Below are positions 1 to 7,921 of a stretch of 64,000 nt of DNA, in pieces. A program made the translations under genes and the position numbers. Below the pieces are notes generated by a model. It had not been told where the DNA came from. It searched no databases and saw only the letters and a list, made by a program, of their open reading frames with translations. Within the stretch, counting starts at the first letter, position 1, and each line of letters begins with the position of its first letter. Origin of the DNA: a virus. The DNA lies in the IMG/VR virus record IMGVR_UViG_3300020548_000306; one strand, 5' to 3'.

Positions 1-351
1 ACTTTTTATGTCTATGGATATGAAGGTGATGAGCGTCCTACAATAAAAGAAGTCGTTAAAAGACTTATGATTGGAGCTCATTCAAAAAAGATGGTTAAAC
101 AAGTATTGGTTGTTCATAATAAACTAATAATTTATAATGAAGACCAATTTGATATGGTTTTGTGCAAAAATTTAGAAGATGCTCAAAGGCTGCACCATAC
201 TTTAGCTAAAATAGTTAAAAAACAAAAAATTAAAAGTTTATTATTTATGGGTACAGCCACACCAGCCAATGTAGGTAGAATGTATGATATTATACATGAA
301 GAAACTGGTTGGCCATACACAAAAATAAGAAGAACTAGTACTAGACCTTAA
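1..351 (+). CDS. Hypothetical phage protein, 5'-truncated by the window edge
   Basis: Frame is open from position 1 (TFYVYGYEGDERPTIKEVVKRL then MIGAHSKK...), in frame with the ORF-track start at 67; ends with TAA, convergent with 348..539. Confidence 0.6.
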   Translation, partial: TFYVYGYEGDERPTIKEVVKRLMIGAHSKKMVKQVLVVHNKLIIYNEDQFDMVLCKNLEDAQRLHHTLAKIVKKQKIKSLLFMGTATPANVGRMYDIIHEETGWPYTKIRRTSTRP

Positions 352-539
352 TCTATATATAGTCTTTCTAAGCTCTTAACCAAAACATCTAACCTTGCAT
401 TGTTTCTATCAAGAATTACTTGCATGTTTTGTGGTACGTTGAATACATGCTCTGATTTTATTTTAGAGTTTTCTCTTTGTAATATATCACTTTCTCTTAC
501 GTATTCATCATACAATCTTGCTTTATCTTCTCTATTCAT
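348..539 (-). CDS. Hypothetical protein (63 aa, MNREDKARLYDEY...)
   Basis: Start moved from 590 to the ATG at 539, which overlaps the stop of 532..882 (ATGAATAG coupling). Confidence 0.55.
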   Translation of the reverse strand: MNREDKARLYDEYVRESDILQRENSKIKSEHVFNVPQNMQVILDRNNARLDVLVKSLERLYID

Positions 540-882
540 TACATTTACATTTACCGTCTGGGTTATTACCGCAATCACATGGTTTTTCATCTAATTCAAT
601 TTCTTCATGTTCAACTGTGATTTCTGCACCAATGTCAAAACTTTTTTTAATGTCTTCTATTAGTGTTGCAACCTTTTCCATGTCATCTTTAGGAACTACC
701 AAAGGGTTTATACATTCAACTCTTTCTTCACCATTTGTAGGTAAAAAGAATGCCATTGCATTAGCTTTTTTTTGATTTAACATAGTGTTAACTGATTCTG
801 TAAATGGTTGGATGATTTCTTTAACTTTCATCATTTCAGCGTCCAAATAGAACACTATAATTAATGGATAATTTTCATTCAT
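532..882 (-). CDS. Hypothetical protein with Cys-rich C-terminal tail (CDCGNNPDGKCKC)
   Basis: 116-aa ORF in a tightly packed minus-strand run. Confidence 0.7.
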   Translation of the reverse strand: MNENYPLIIVFYLDAEMMKVKEIIQPFTESVNTMLNQKKANAMAFFLPTNGEERVECINPLVVPKDDMEKVATLIEDIKKSFDIGAEITVEHEEIELDEKPCDCGNNPDGKCKCNE

Positions 883-885
883 TTT

Positions 886-1158
886 TTATTTGTTTTTTGT
901 GTATTCGGAGAAACTTATTTCTTCGATTATGCTTTCTTTATTGATTGCTTCTAAGCTGTCGTTGGTAACAAAATGTTCTACTATTAATTCATCAATTTTG
1001 GCTTCTTTGTTTTTATCACCAATTTCAGTAAACCCATTTAGTATTATGTCGCCATCACCTAAATTTATAATCAAATAGATTAGATATTCACTAATCGTTT
1101 TATTGTCAAAAGTAGAACTTTTTAATTTGTCAATTTCTTTTACTACAATTCTTTTCAT
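886..1158 (-). CDS. Hypothetical protein
   Basis: 90-aa ORF with A-rich leader; 3-nt gap to the next gene. Confidence 0.6.
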   Translation of the reverse strand: MKRIVVKEIDKLKSSTFDNKTISEYLIYLIINLGDGDIILNGFTEIGDKNKEAKIDELIVEHFVTNDSLEAINKESIIEEISFSEYTKNK

Positions 1159-1234
1159 TTATACTTTAAATATTAAACTATTATTATTTATTTAAGTTTA
1201 TCATTTTTTTTTCACATTGTAAAGTATAAAAAAC

Positions 1235-1263
1235 AAAAAAAGGACCCAAAATGAGCCCTTTTT
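1235..1263 (-). terminator. Intrinsic terminator
   Basis: Minus strand AAGGGCUC-AUUUU-GGGUCCUU (G-U pairs) followed by a U-tract. Confidence 0.7.
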
Positions 1264-1396
1264 AATTGGTGTTTGTAACAAAATGCGGTGGTAGTTTTAA
1301 TTCTAAACCTTATAAAGAATTTCCAGTTTTGGTGATGTGGTTTACAATTAAGCCACATCTGGTTTTGATAGACTGGAAACTATGCTGTCTGAACTG
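1264..1396 (-). ncRNA. Candidate structured small RNA downstream of the DUF2828 gene
   Basis: Lies between two minus-strand terminators behind an ATATTTATA motif (1397-1405); nested stems TTTCCAGT(1320-1327)/ACTGGAAA(1372-1379) and GATGTGG(1334-1340)/CCACATC(1353-1359), plus AATTCT/AGAATT; no ORF of 60 aa or more on the minus strand; strand not certain. Confidence 0.35.
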
Positions 1397-1397
1397 T

Positions 1398-1405
1398 ATA
1401 AATAT
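1398..1405 (-). promoter_or_regulatory. ATATTTAT phage promoter-like motif
   Basis: Same motif found upstream of many structural/lysis genes; here no protein gene follows before the next terminator. Confidence 0.45.
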
Positions 1406-1456
1406 ATGTTTTTTTTTTAAGTTGCAGAATGCATTTTTCTATACAAACATTTGAAG

Positions 1457-1480
1457 AAAATTGGGGCTTTTACGCCCCAA
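1457..1480 (-). terminator. Intrinsic terminator of the DUF2828 gene
   Basis: TTGGGGC-GTAAAA-GCCCCAA followed by TTTTC, directly after the stop. Confidence 0.75.
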
Positions 1481-1484
1481 CCTC

Positions 1485-2924
1485 TTAGATTGTTACTGGT
1501 GAGTAACGCTCAGAGTTGATAACACTCAACATCATCGATACTGGTGATAAATCACGACCAGCTAACAAGTTTGTTAACAAGGCTGGTGAGAAACCAGATA
1601 CCAACGCAGTACCATTTGTATCAAAGTGTACTGGTTTGTTGTTATCACCTCTTGATTGGATGTTCCAGTATACAACTTTTGGAGTTTTATATCCAGCTTC
1701 TGCATACATAGACTCAATCATTTTTTGAGCAGTTGGGTTCCAACCTCTACCTCTTACAGCAGAATTGAATTCCATGTCAGACAAGATTAAAATCATTGTT
1801 GGCATTTCGTTTTGTGGAACATTAGACTCTTTAGCTTTTTTAAGAATTAACTTAAACACAGCCTCTAAGTTTGTTGACATATCCCAATCAGCTCTTTGAA
1901 GTTGATTGTAACGCTCATTCAAACTACCTTTCAAGATTTGTAATTTTGGACTTTCAGAGAAAGTAACAAAAGCATCTTGGAAAGGACCTACGTTTCTTTC
2001 AGAAATGTATAATCCCAAAGAGATTGCTACATCCATACAAGTAACGTTAGGGTTACCACCAGCTGGGGTTGACATTGACCCAGAAACGTCAACTACTGGT
2101 AATACAAACTCTTCATTTGTAGTCATGTAGTTTGGTAAAGCTTTCCATTGCTCATTAGCACCTCTAGCATTACCTTGTTTTAAGGATTTTACAATGTCAT
2201 ATGGGTACACCGCACCAGCGTTGATTTTAGTTTCACCTTTTTCTAGAGAAGCTAAATACGCTTGGAATCTCTCTAAGTCGTTCTTAGAGAACGCTTTCAT
2301 GTAGTCACTCATTGCTTTTGAAGGCAATTTAGAGTACTCAATCTTAGAGTATTCTCTAGCACACATCAATTGCTCAACTGTGTTAGAGTTTTCAGTCAAT
2401 AACTTACGGTATTGTTTTGGTGTTAACCCCAAATGCTTTCTTAAAGCATTCGCCCATCTTTTTCTCTCACGGTTAGACACGTTTGGTCTTGGCATCCATT
2501 TAGATGCCAAACCATCTTTTCTATCTAACGCTGCTGAGATTAAGTTTAACGCATTAGTTTGTAATGGTGTACCAACAAGAGTTAGTAAATCATCCCAACG
2601 ACCAAACTCGTTAAACAAGTGTAAGTTTTTACTTAATGTCTCAGTACGGTTTTCCGCTAAGTAAGTAACAATATCTCTAAAGATTTGTCTTTCACCAGCT
2701 CCACCTCTTACGTCACGAGCCCAAAATAACAATTTCATTGCATGTAACGGATTTTCAGCAAACGCTTTAGTAAAAGCATTGATTAATCTTTGCTTATCTT
2801 GTCCTCTCATTGCACCGATTTGGAAGAATAAATCTACACAGTGGTTTAATGATGATGAGTTTGTCGCCATACCGTTTTCAGTTAACGAATCTGCTGTTTG
2901 CATTGCTTTTAAAAATGTGCTCAT
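1485..2924 (-). CDS. DUF2828-family TROVE-like helical + vWA domain protein
   Basis: TENG..., KLLFWARDVRGGAGER, FGRWDDL, ASKWMPR, KINAGAVYPYDIV, MIDAS VDVSGSM, ILSDMEF, VVYWNI, ALVSGFSP. Confidence 0.85.
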   Translation of the reverse strand: MSTFLKAMQTADSLTENGMATNSSSLNHCVDLFFQIGAMRGQDKQRLINAFTKAFAENPLHAMKLLFWARDVRGGAGERQIFRDIVTYLAENRTETLSKNLHLFNEFGRWDDLLTLVGTPLQTNALNLISAALDRKDGLASKWMPRPNVSNRERKRWANALRKHLGLTPKQYRKLLTENSNTVEQLMCAREYSKIEYSKLPSKAMSDYMKAFSKNDLERFQAYLASLEKGETKINAGAVYPYDIVKSLKQGNARGANEQWKALPNYMTTNEEFVLPVVDVSGSMSTPAGGNPNVTCMDVAISLGLYISERNVGPFQDAFVTFSESPKLQILKGSLNERYNQLQRADWDMSTNLEAVFKLILKKAKESNVPQNEMPTMILILSDMEFNSAVRGRGWNPTAQKMIESMYAEAGYKTPKVVYWNIQSRGDNNKPVHFDTNGTALVSGFSPALLTNLLAGRDLSPVSMMLSVINSERYSPVTI

Positions 2925-2958
2925 AATTTTATTTTTTAAGATTAATAATTAAGTGTTG

Positions 2959-2989
2959 CAAATGTACGAACATTTTTTACATATTGCAA
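2959..2989 (-). promoter_or_regulatory. Bacteroidota sigmaA-type promoter
   Basis: TTGCAA-N17-TACATTTG upstream of the DUF2828 start; matches the -33 TTTG / -7 TAnnTTTG consensus. Confidence 0.75.
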
Positions 2990-3019
2990 GTTTTTTTTAA
3001 ACTTTTTTTTATTTTTTTT

Positions 3020-3556
3020 TTATTTTATACGTTTAAACCACGCTTTTACTAACGATGTGGTGTTTTGAATGTTTTTAAATTCACAACTATTTATGATGCT
3101 ATCGCTAACAAAATAATACCCTACTTCACCACTATAATGACTTCCACCAAAAGGGAAAAAGTAATTTAAGGTTAATGTTTTGTTGGTTGATGCAACACCA
3201 GATGTTAAAGTATATGGTCTATAAGCAGAGTTATTACATCGATATTGATTATTTGTAACGAAATCAATTGTATCGTTTGGTGTTGTTGACGCAAAGTTAA
3301 TAATAACTTTTGTCAACACCCATTTCGTTCCTACCAATTCATTATTTGTAGACCCACCCCAATTAGGTATTGTCCCTTTATTTGTATACTTCCATTCCCA
3401 TGTAGTTGTATCCACGGCTTTTTGTTGATTCTGCGTATAATTACCTGGAGTTATTTTTTTACATGACGCAATAAAAGACAAAAATAAAAATAACCCAAAA
3501 CATAATAGTATTATAAACCCAATACTTTTAATTACATATAATATCTCTTTATTCAT
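3020..3556 (-). CDS. Predicted lipoprotein, possibly lipocalin-like
   Basis: Start reassigned to MNKEIL (ATG 3556), because the longer start overlaps the promoter; hydrophobic signal ends in lipobox IASC-KK; ELVGTKWVLTK beta-strand motif. Confidence 0.7.
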   Translation of the reverse strand: MNKEILYVIKSIGFIILLCFGLFLFLSFIASCKKITPGNYTQNQQKAVDTTTWEWKYTNKGTIPNWGGSTNNELVGTKWVLTKVIINFASTTPNDTIDFVTNNQYRCNNSAYRPYTLTSGVASTNKTLTLNYFFPFGGSHYSGEVGYYFVSDSIINSCEFKNIQNTTSLVKAWFKRIK

Positions 3557-3580
3557 ATTTTTTAATTTATAATTACATAA

Positions 3581-3611
3581 CAAATGTAAGTATTATTTTT
3601 CAATAAAACAA
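3581..3611 (-). promoter_or_regulatory. Bacteroidota sigmaA-type promoter
   Basis: TTGTTT-N17-TACATTTG. Confidence 0.7.
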
Positions 3612-3614
3612 ATT

Positions 3615-4214
3615 TTAAACAAAATTTCTTACATATTGTGTTCTATGGTATCTATTCGCACCATTTTCTTTCAACGCTTCTATGTGGTCTGGAGTTAAAT
3701 AACCTTTGTTTCCACACCAGTTATATTCTGGATATTGTAAATGTAGTTTGCACATATATTCATCACGTCTAACTTTAGCTACAATAGCAGCAGCTGCAAT
3801 ACATGTATATGTGTCATCACCTTTAGGTACTAGAGTTACTTCTGCATCTTTATCACGTTTTGTCCACACTGTACCATCAACTAGTATATGTTCTGGTGTT
3901 ACAGATAGTTCATCTAAACACTTATACATGGTATTGAATGTTGAAGGGTTGATACCTATTTCATTTATTTCGTTTACGGAGCCAGCTTTACATGAAACAG
4001 CAATAGCGTTGTCCATGATTAATTTATAAGCTTCATCTCTTTGTTTTGGGGATAGTTTCTTTGAATCTCTTATAAGTGGAGACTTGAATCCTTTTGGCAT
4101 TATTACTGCTGCTGTCACAACTGGCCCAGCACCGCAACCTCTACCAACTTCGTCTAAACCAGCAACCAACTCATAGTCACCGAAGTCTTCTAATAATTTT
4201 TTTTCTTTGGCCAT
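3615..4214 (-). CDS. rnhB: Ribonuclease HII
   Basis: AGLDEVGRGCGAGPVV, RDSKKL, LVDG, KGDD...IAAAAIVAKVRRD, NKGY...H, HR. Confidence 0.95.
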   Translation of the reverse strand: MAKEKKLLEDFGDYELVAGLDEVGRGCGAGPVVTAAVIMPKGFKSPLIRDSKKLSPKQRDEAYKLIMDNAIAVSCKAGSVNEINEIGINPSTFNTMYKCLDELSVTPEHILVDGTVWTKRDKDAEVTLVPKGDDTYTCIAAAAIVAKVRRDEYMCKLHLQYPEYNWCGNKGYLTPDHIEALKENGANRYHRTQYVRNFV

Positions 4215-4228
4215 AACTTAATTTTTAC

Positions 4229-4258
4229 CAAATGTACAAAAAATTATTTAATTACCAA
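4229..4258 (-). promoter_or_regulatory. Bacteroidota sigmaA-type promoter
   Basis: TTGGTA-N16-TACATTTG upstream of rnhB. Confidence 0.7.
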
Positions 4259-4259
4259 A

Positions 4260-4481
4260 TTATTTTTTAATAAATTTAACAAGCAATCCTTCTATCTCAA
4301 CTTCAAATTCTGTATTTTTGGCATAACCATCACCATTAGGATTAGACATATAATAAAGATGTTCATTCATTTTATTATGTTTGTCTTCATCTAAAAGGTA
4401 TGTAAGAATTAACCCATTTTTAGATATGTTTTCATTGTTAAGGATTTCTGAAACTGTTTGTATTAAATCTTCGTACTTCAT
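4260..4481 (-). CDS. Hypothetical protein
   Basis: 73-aa ORF, 1-nt gap to the upstream gene. Confidence 0.65.
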   Translation of the reverse strand: MKYEDLIQTVSEILNNENISKNGLILTYLLDEDKHNKMNEHLYYMSNPNGDGYAKNTEFEVEIEGLLVKFIKK

Positions 4482-4482
4482 A

Positions 4483-4701
4483 TTAAAACTTTGTAAATAT
4501 ACTTTTTATAATTTCTAAAAACCTTTCTTTTTTAGATTTTTTCACCACTTTAACTTTATTTGGGTTTTTCTTAATTTCAGAACCTAAATTAGTTTTTATC
4601 TCATTTATGAAATTTTTCTTTTTAATATCCGTGATGTATTTATCAGCGACCATTTCATTTTCAATCATGTTGATTTCACGGTTAATCATCTTATCGTTCA
4701 T
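4483..4701 (-). CDS. Hypothetical basic protein
   Basis: 72-aa ORF with A-rich leader. Confidence 0.65.
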   Translation of the reverse strand: MNDKMINREINMIENEMVADKYITDIKKKNFINEIKTNLGSEIKKNPNKVKVVKKSKKERFLEIIKSIFTKF

Positions 4702-4744
4702 ACTTTTTTTTAGTAAATATATGTATTATTTTTTACAATGTAAA

Positions 4745-5014
4745 TTATTTAACATAAGAAGATTCATTGTCATGGTCACATTTATGACAAATAAATAAGT
4801 CTGATTCATTTGATTGAGATGCCAGCCAATGCCAATCACATTTTTTACATGTGATTTCAAATTCTTTTGCGTCAATAATTTCCCAATGTTTGTCTTTTTT
4901 CTTTTTTCGGTAATAAACGTTGGCACCACCTATATCTCTCATTTGATATTGGTATTCTTCTTTTTTACCTTCAGTAAGTAAAACATTTAATCTATTTTTT
5001 ATAAATTTTTTCAT
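4745..5014 (-). CDS. Small Zn-ribbon protein with xxE-type leader
   Basis: CKKC...CHKC; N-terminus MKKFIKNRLNVLLTE; ATATTTAT motif 13 nt upstream. Confidence 0.7.
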   Translation of the reverse strand: MKKFIKNRLNVLLTEGKKEEYQYQMRDIGGANVYYRKKKKDKHWEIIDAKEFEITCKKCDWHWLASQSNESDLFICHKCDHDNESSYVK

Positions 5015-5027
5015 GTTCTTTTTTAAT

Positions 5028-5035
5028 ATAAATAT
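5028..5035 (-). promoter_or_regulatory. ATATTTAT phage promoter-like motif
   Basis: 13 nt upstream of the ATG at 5014. Confidence 0.55.
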
Positions 5036-5065
5036 TGACTATTTGTTCTATAATTACTATATTTA
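5035..5065 (+). promoter_or_regulatory. SigmaA-type promoter variant
   Basis: TTGACT-N17-TATATTTA upstream of the plus-strand gene at 5077. Confidence 0.55.
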
Positions 5066-5076
5066 AATAAAAACTT

Positions 5077-5415
5077 ATGACAACATTAATTTTTATTCTT
5101 ATTTGTTATGGGGCTTGTAACAATTTAATTTACGGTTCCGTTTTTGAAGGTTGGAGAAACTTTCTAGCAAAGATGGGTACTGGCGGTTACAGTATTCATA
5201 AACTATTCACGTGTTTTATGTGTTTGGGTACTTGGATGGGTTTTGCGGTTTCTGGGATATTATTATATTTCGGTTACAGTAAATTAACCCCTATGGGTAG
5301 CTTGGGTGTTAGTTCACCTATTTTAATCGTTTTTTTTAATGGATTAATTTCCGCTGCTGGAGTGTGGTTAACACACACAGTACAAGAAGCTTTTGAACGA
5401 GCTTTTGCAAAATGA
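5077..5415 (+). CDS. Membrane protein, DUF1360-like
   Basis: Three hydrophobic segments and a CFMCLGTW (CxxCxxxW) motif. Confidence 0.7.
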   Translation: MTTLIFILICYGACNNLIYGSVFEGWRNFLAKMGTGGYSIHKLFTCFMCLGTWMGFAVSGILLYFGYSKLTPMGSLGVSSPILIVFFNGLISAAGVWLTHTVQEAFERAFAK

Positions 5416-5441
5416 AAAAAGCCCCAATGGGGCTTTTTTTT
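5415..5441. terminator. Bidirectional intrinsic terminator
   Basis: A6-GCCCC-AAT-GGGGC-T8 between convergent genes. Confidence 0.85.
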
Positions 5442-5456
5442 GTTTGTTGTTGTTTA

Positions 5457-6149
5457 TTATCTAGGTGGTAATTCTACTTTACTAGATATGTTTTTTAGTT
5501 TATCACTTTGTTTTTTGTTTTTTAGCAATTCCATGTTTCGCAATGCTCTTTTTTCTTCTTCAATCATTTCCATTTCTTCTTCAGTTAACTCAATAGGGTT
5601 ACCATTTTCGTCTAAATAAGATGGAACTATTGTTTCTTCAAATTCTTTCTCACCAGATGTCGCATATTCTTCAACATTTTCTGGATAAAAATCAGATGGA
5701 TTGGTTGTTTGTGTTGGTTCATCAATTATATCTTCTTCGTTTAACGTTTCTTCTATTTCAGCGTCAAAATCATCTAACCTAGGAACTAAGTCTTCTTCGC
5801 TAAAGTTAAATTTAAGTCTTTTTAATTTTTCTAAACTAGTTTTCTTAAATATCTCTTTTAACTCATTAACTTTTTCTTTTAGTAAATCATGTTTCTTTTC
5901 ACGCTCAATATTTAAATCAATTGTTTTTTTAACGTAATCTAATAAATCGTCTAACCCAACACCATTAACTTCACTAAAAAGCATGTAATAATTCATTTCA
6001 TCATTACCTTTAACTTTTTTAACCTTATTATCGTCTGGTACAGTCCAACCTTCTTTGAACACAGCATCGACTAATGGTGTCCCTTCTAGATATCTTATAC
6101 CTATAACATATGGTTGTAAAGAATCTAATGTTTTTTGTATATTTGACAT
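5457..6149 (-). CDS. Hypothetical acidic/coiled-coil protein
   Basis: 230-aa ORF with a globular N-terminus and acidic low-complexity C-terminal half. Confidence 0.75.
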   Translation of the reverse strand: MSNIQKTLDSLQPYVIGIRYLEGTPLVDAVFKEGWTVPDDNKVKKVKGNDEMNYYMLFSEVNGVGLDDLLDYVKKTIDLNIEREKKHDLLKEKVNELKEIFKKTSLEKLKRLKFNFSEEDLVPRLDDFDAEIEETLNEEDIIDEPTQTTNPSDFYPENVEEYATSGEKEFEETIVPSYLDENGNPIELTEEEMEMIEEEKRALRNMELLKNKKQSDKLKNISSKVELPPR

Positions 6150-6158
6150 TTTAATTTT

Positions 6159-6371
6159 TTAAATTGTGATACCAGTTATAAGCACTGATAAAATATATGC
6201 AATAGATATACCTAATAAGTTTAATTGTAATTTAGGTATCTTATATTTCTTAGGTTCTTCTTCTGTTGAAGTGACAACTGCTTGTATGAAATAATAAGCA
6301 TGTCTAATTACGTTTATACATGATAACATGAATAAAACGACAAATAATTTATTAAGTATATCTATAAGCAT
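6159..6371 (-). CDS. Small two-TM membrane protein
   Basis: Hydrophobic segments LFVVLFMLSCINVI and LLGISIAYILSVLITGITI. Confidence 0.7.
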   Translation of the reverse strand: MLIDILNKLFVVLFMLSCINVIRHAYYFIQAVVTSTEEEPKKYKIPKLQLNLLGISIAYILSVLITGITI

Positions 6372-6383
6372 ATTTTTTATTTT

Positions 6384-6566
6384 TTAAGCTTTAACTGTTT
6401 TAGTTTTTGTTGAAACATCTAAACGAATGTTTTGTGCTAATGTTTTAACGTCTTGTAACGCTTTTCTAAATCTTACGCCAGCAGCTTTGTTACCTTTATC
6501 GTAAAATTTTGTTGCATCGTCTTCGATTGATGCTACCAAGTTTTTTAATTCTTCGTACTTTTCCAT
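6384..6566 (-). CDS. Hc1-family histone H1-like nucleoid protein
   Basis: GNKAAGVRFRKALQDVKTLAQNIR matches the Hc1 core GNKAAGxRxRK seen in Chlamydia and Bacteroidota. Confidence 0.85.
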   Translation of the reverse strand: MEKYEELKNLVASIEDDATKFYDKGNKAAGVRFRKALQDVKTLAQNIRLDVSTKTKTVKA

Positions 6567-6568
6567 TT

Positions 6569-6796
6569 TTAGTTTTCTTTTTCTTTTGTGTTATTATTAT
6601 TATTTAACATATTGCTAAACGTAGCAATACTATTTTCTGTTGTAGATAATCTATGAATTAGTAATTTCATTTTCACAGTTTTGTCATCAATAGAAATGTT
6701 GTTATCGTTGATGGTTCTTTCGATATCATCTTCAATTTTCATTTTCTCCATAGTCATGTCCATCATGACTATATTAAGTAGTCTTTCCGTATTCAT
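6569..6796 (-). CDS. Hypothetical helical protein
   Basis: 75-aa ORF, 2-nt gap to the Hc1 gene. Confidence 0.65.
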   Translation of the reverse strand: MNTERLLNIVMMDMTMEKMKIEDDIERTINDNNISIDDKTVKMKLLIHRLSTTENSIATFSNMLNNNNNTKEKEN

Positions 6797-6834
6797 ATTT
6801 TTAAAACTAAGGTATTTTTATTAAAAATAAATAG

Positions 6835-7305
6835 TTAAAACGTTTTTTTTAGCGAATTTTCAAATATTTTGTATAATTCTAATAAAGTATCAATGTCAGC
6901 ATTTGTCTTTTCTCTTTCATAATCAAAAATGTTGGCCCATATAACTGTTAAGCTTTTATTTAGATTTTCATCTTTTTTAGGGTCTAAATAAAATAACTCT
7001 AAAGTAAATTCTAAAAAATATTGATATAACTTATCACTGTTTATTGTTATTTCTTCTTTTTCAAAATTATCAATAGTTTTCTTCCAACACCAATCAAAAT
7101 GTTTAAATTGCTGCTCATTAGTTGTTAATTCATCACCCAGATAAGTTGTGAAAACTAAATCTAAAAGAGATAATGTAAAATCACCATATAACACACACTT
7201 ATCATTATATATATTATGTGTGCTATATATCTTTAACATAGTATCAATACTTACTGGGTTATGAATGTATGCCAATAAATTTAATTTATTGAAATTATTG
7301 CTCAT
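6835..7305 (-). CDS. Hypothetical protein
   Basis: 156-aa ORF, 2-nt gap after the YkuD-like gene (same operon). Confidence 0.75.
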   Translation of the reverse strand: MSNNFNKLNLLAYIHNPVSIDTMLKIYSTHNIYNDKCVLYGDFTLSLLDLVFTTYLGDELTTNEQQFKHFDWCWKKTIDNFEKEEITINSDKLYQYFLEFTLELFYLDPKKDENLNKSLTVIWANIFDYEREKTNADIDTLLELYKIFENSLKKTF

Positions 7306-7307
7306 TA

Positions 7308-7916
7308 TTATTTTATATCATTTGATTCTATAAGTGTATAAGTAAATGAGTTACCATGTATTTTAGAAGCTTTTTTAACAATCTTCATAAATTCATCAAA
7401 ATCTTTAACTCTTTTAAATACTTGACAACCAGCTGACCAGTTTTCTACCCATGTAGAATCTTGTCCAGCTTTATGGATATTGATACCGTAAACACCTTCA
7501 GTAATTGTTTTCTCATCATAAATTAAATCTTTGTTTGCGTCACGATAAACTTTAACTGGCTTTACTTGTCTTAAAGCTTCGTATTTACCTTGGTGAAGAC
7601 CTAATGCATGTGAACTTCTATATTGACCTTCAACTAATCTAGCAACACCACCTTTAATTCCCATTTTATCAAATTCTAAAACAGATTTTTTACCTGGTTC
7701 TGTTGTGTTCATCCATTCTTTATAAACCCATGCACCAGTTTCATCTTTGTAAGAAATTGTGATGATGTCATCAAACACGTTTGTTACTTTATTCCCAGTT
7801 GCTGAGTTTCTAACACCTACAATGTTAACATCGTATGTTTTATTTGCTGCGTCTTCGAAATAGACGTAATTTTTGGCTTTTAATGCCGCTTCAATTTTTT
7901 CTCTTGTGTAAACCAT
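7308..7916 (-). CDS. YkuD/L,D-transpeptidase-like cysteine enzyme (putative peptidoglycan modifier or hydrolase)
   Basis: GINIH-x9-WSAGCQV gives the H...SxGC catalytic motif; no signal peptide. Confidence 0.7.
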   Translation of the reverse strand: MVYTREKIEAALKAKNYVYFEDAANKTYDVNIVGVRNSATGNKVTNVFDDIITISYKDETGAWVYKEWMNTTEPGKKSVLEFDKMGIKGGVARLVEGQYRSSHALGLHQGKYEALRQVKPVKVYRDANKDLIYDEKTITEGVYGINIHKAGQDSTWVENWSAGCQVFKRVKDFDEFMKIVKKASKIHGNSFTYTLIESNDIK

Positions 7917-7921
7917 TTTTT

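Noticed and set aside
1200-1484. tRNA or tmRNA in the largest left-hand intergenic region
   Set aside because: No cloverleaf, TTCGA T-loop or CCA end found; kept only as a generic structured RNA candidate
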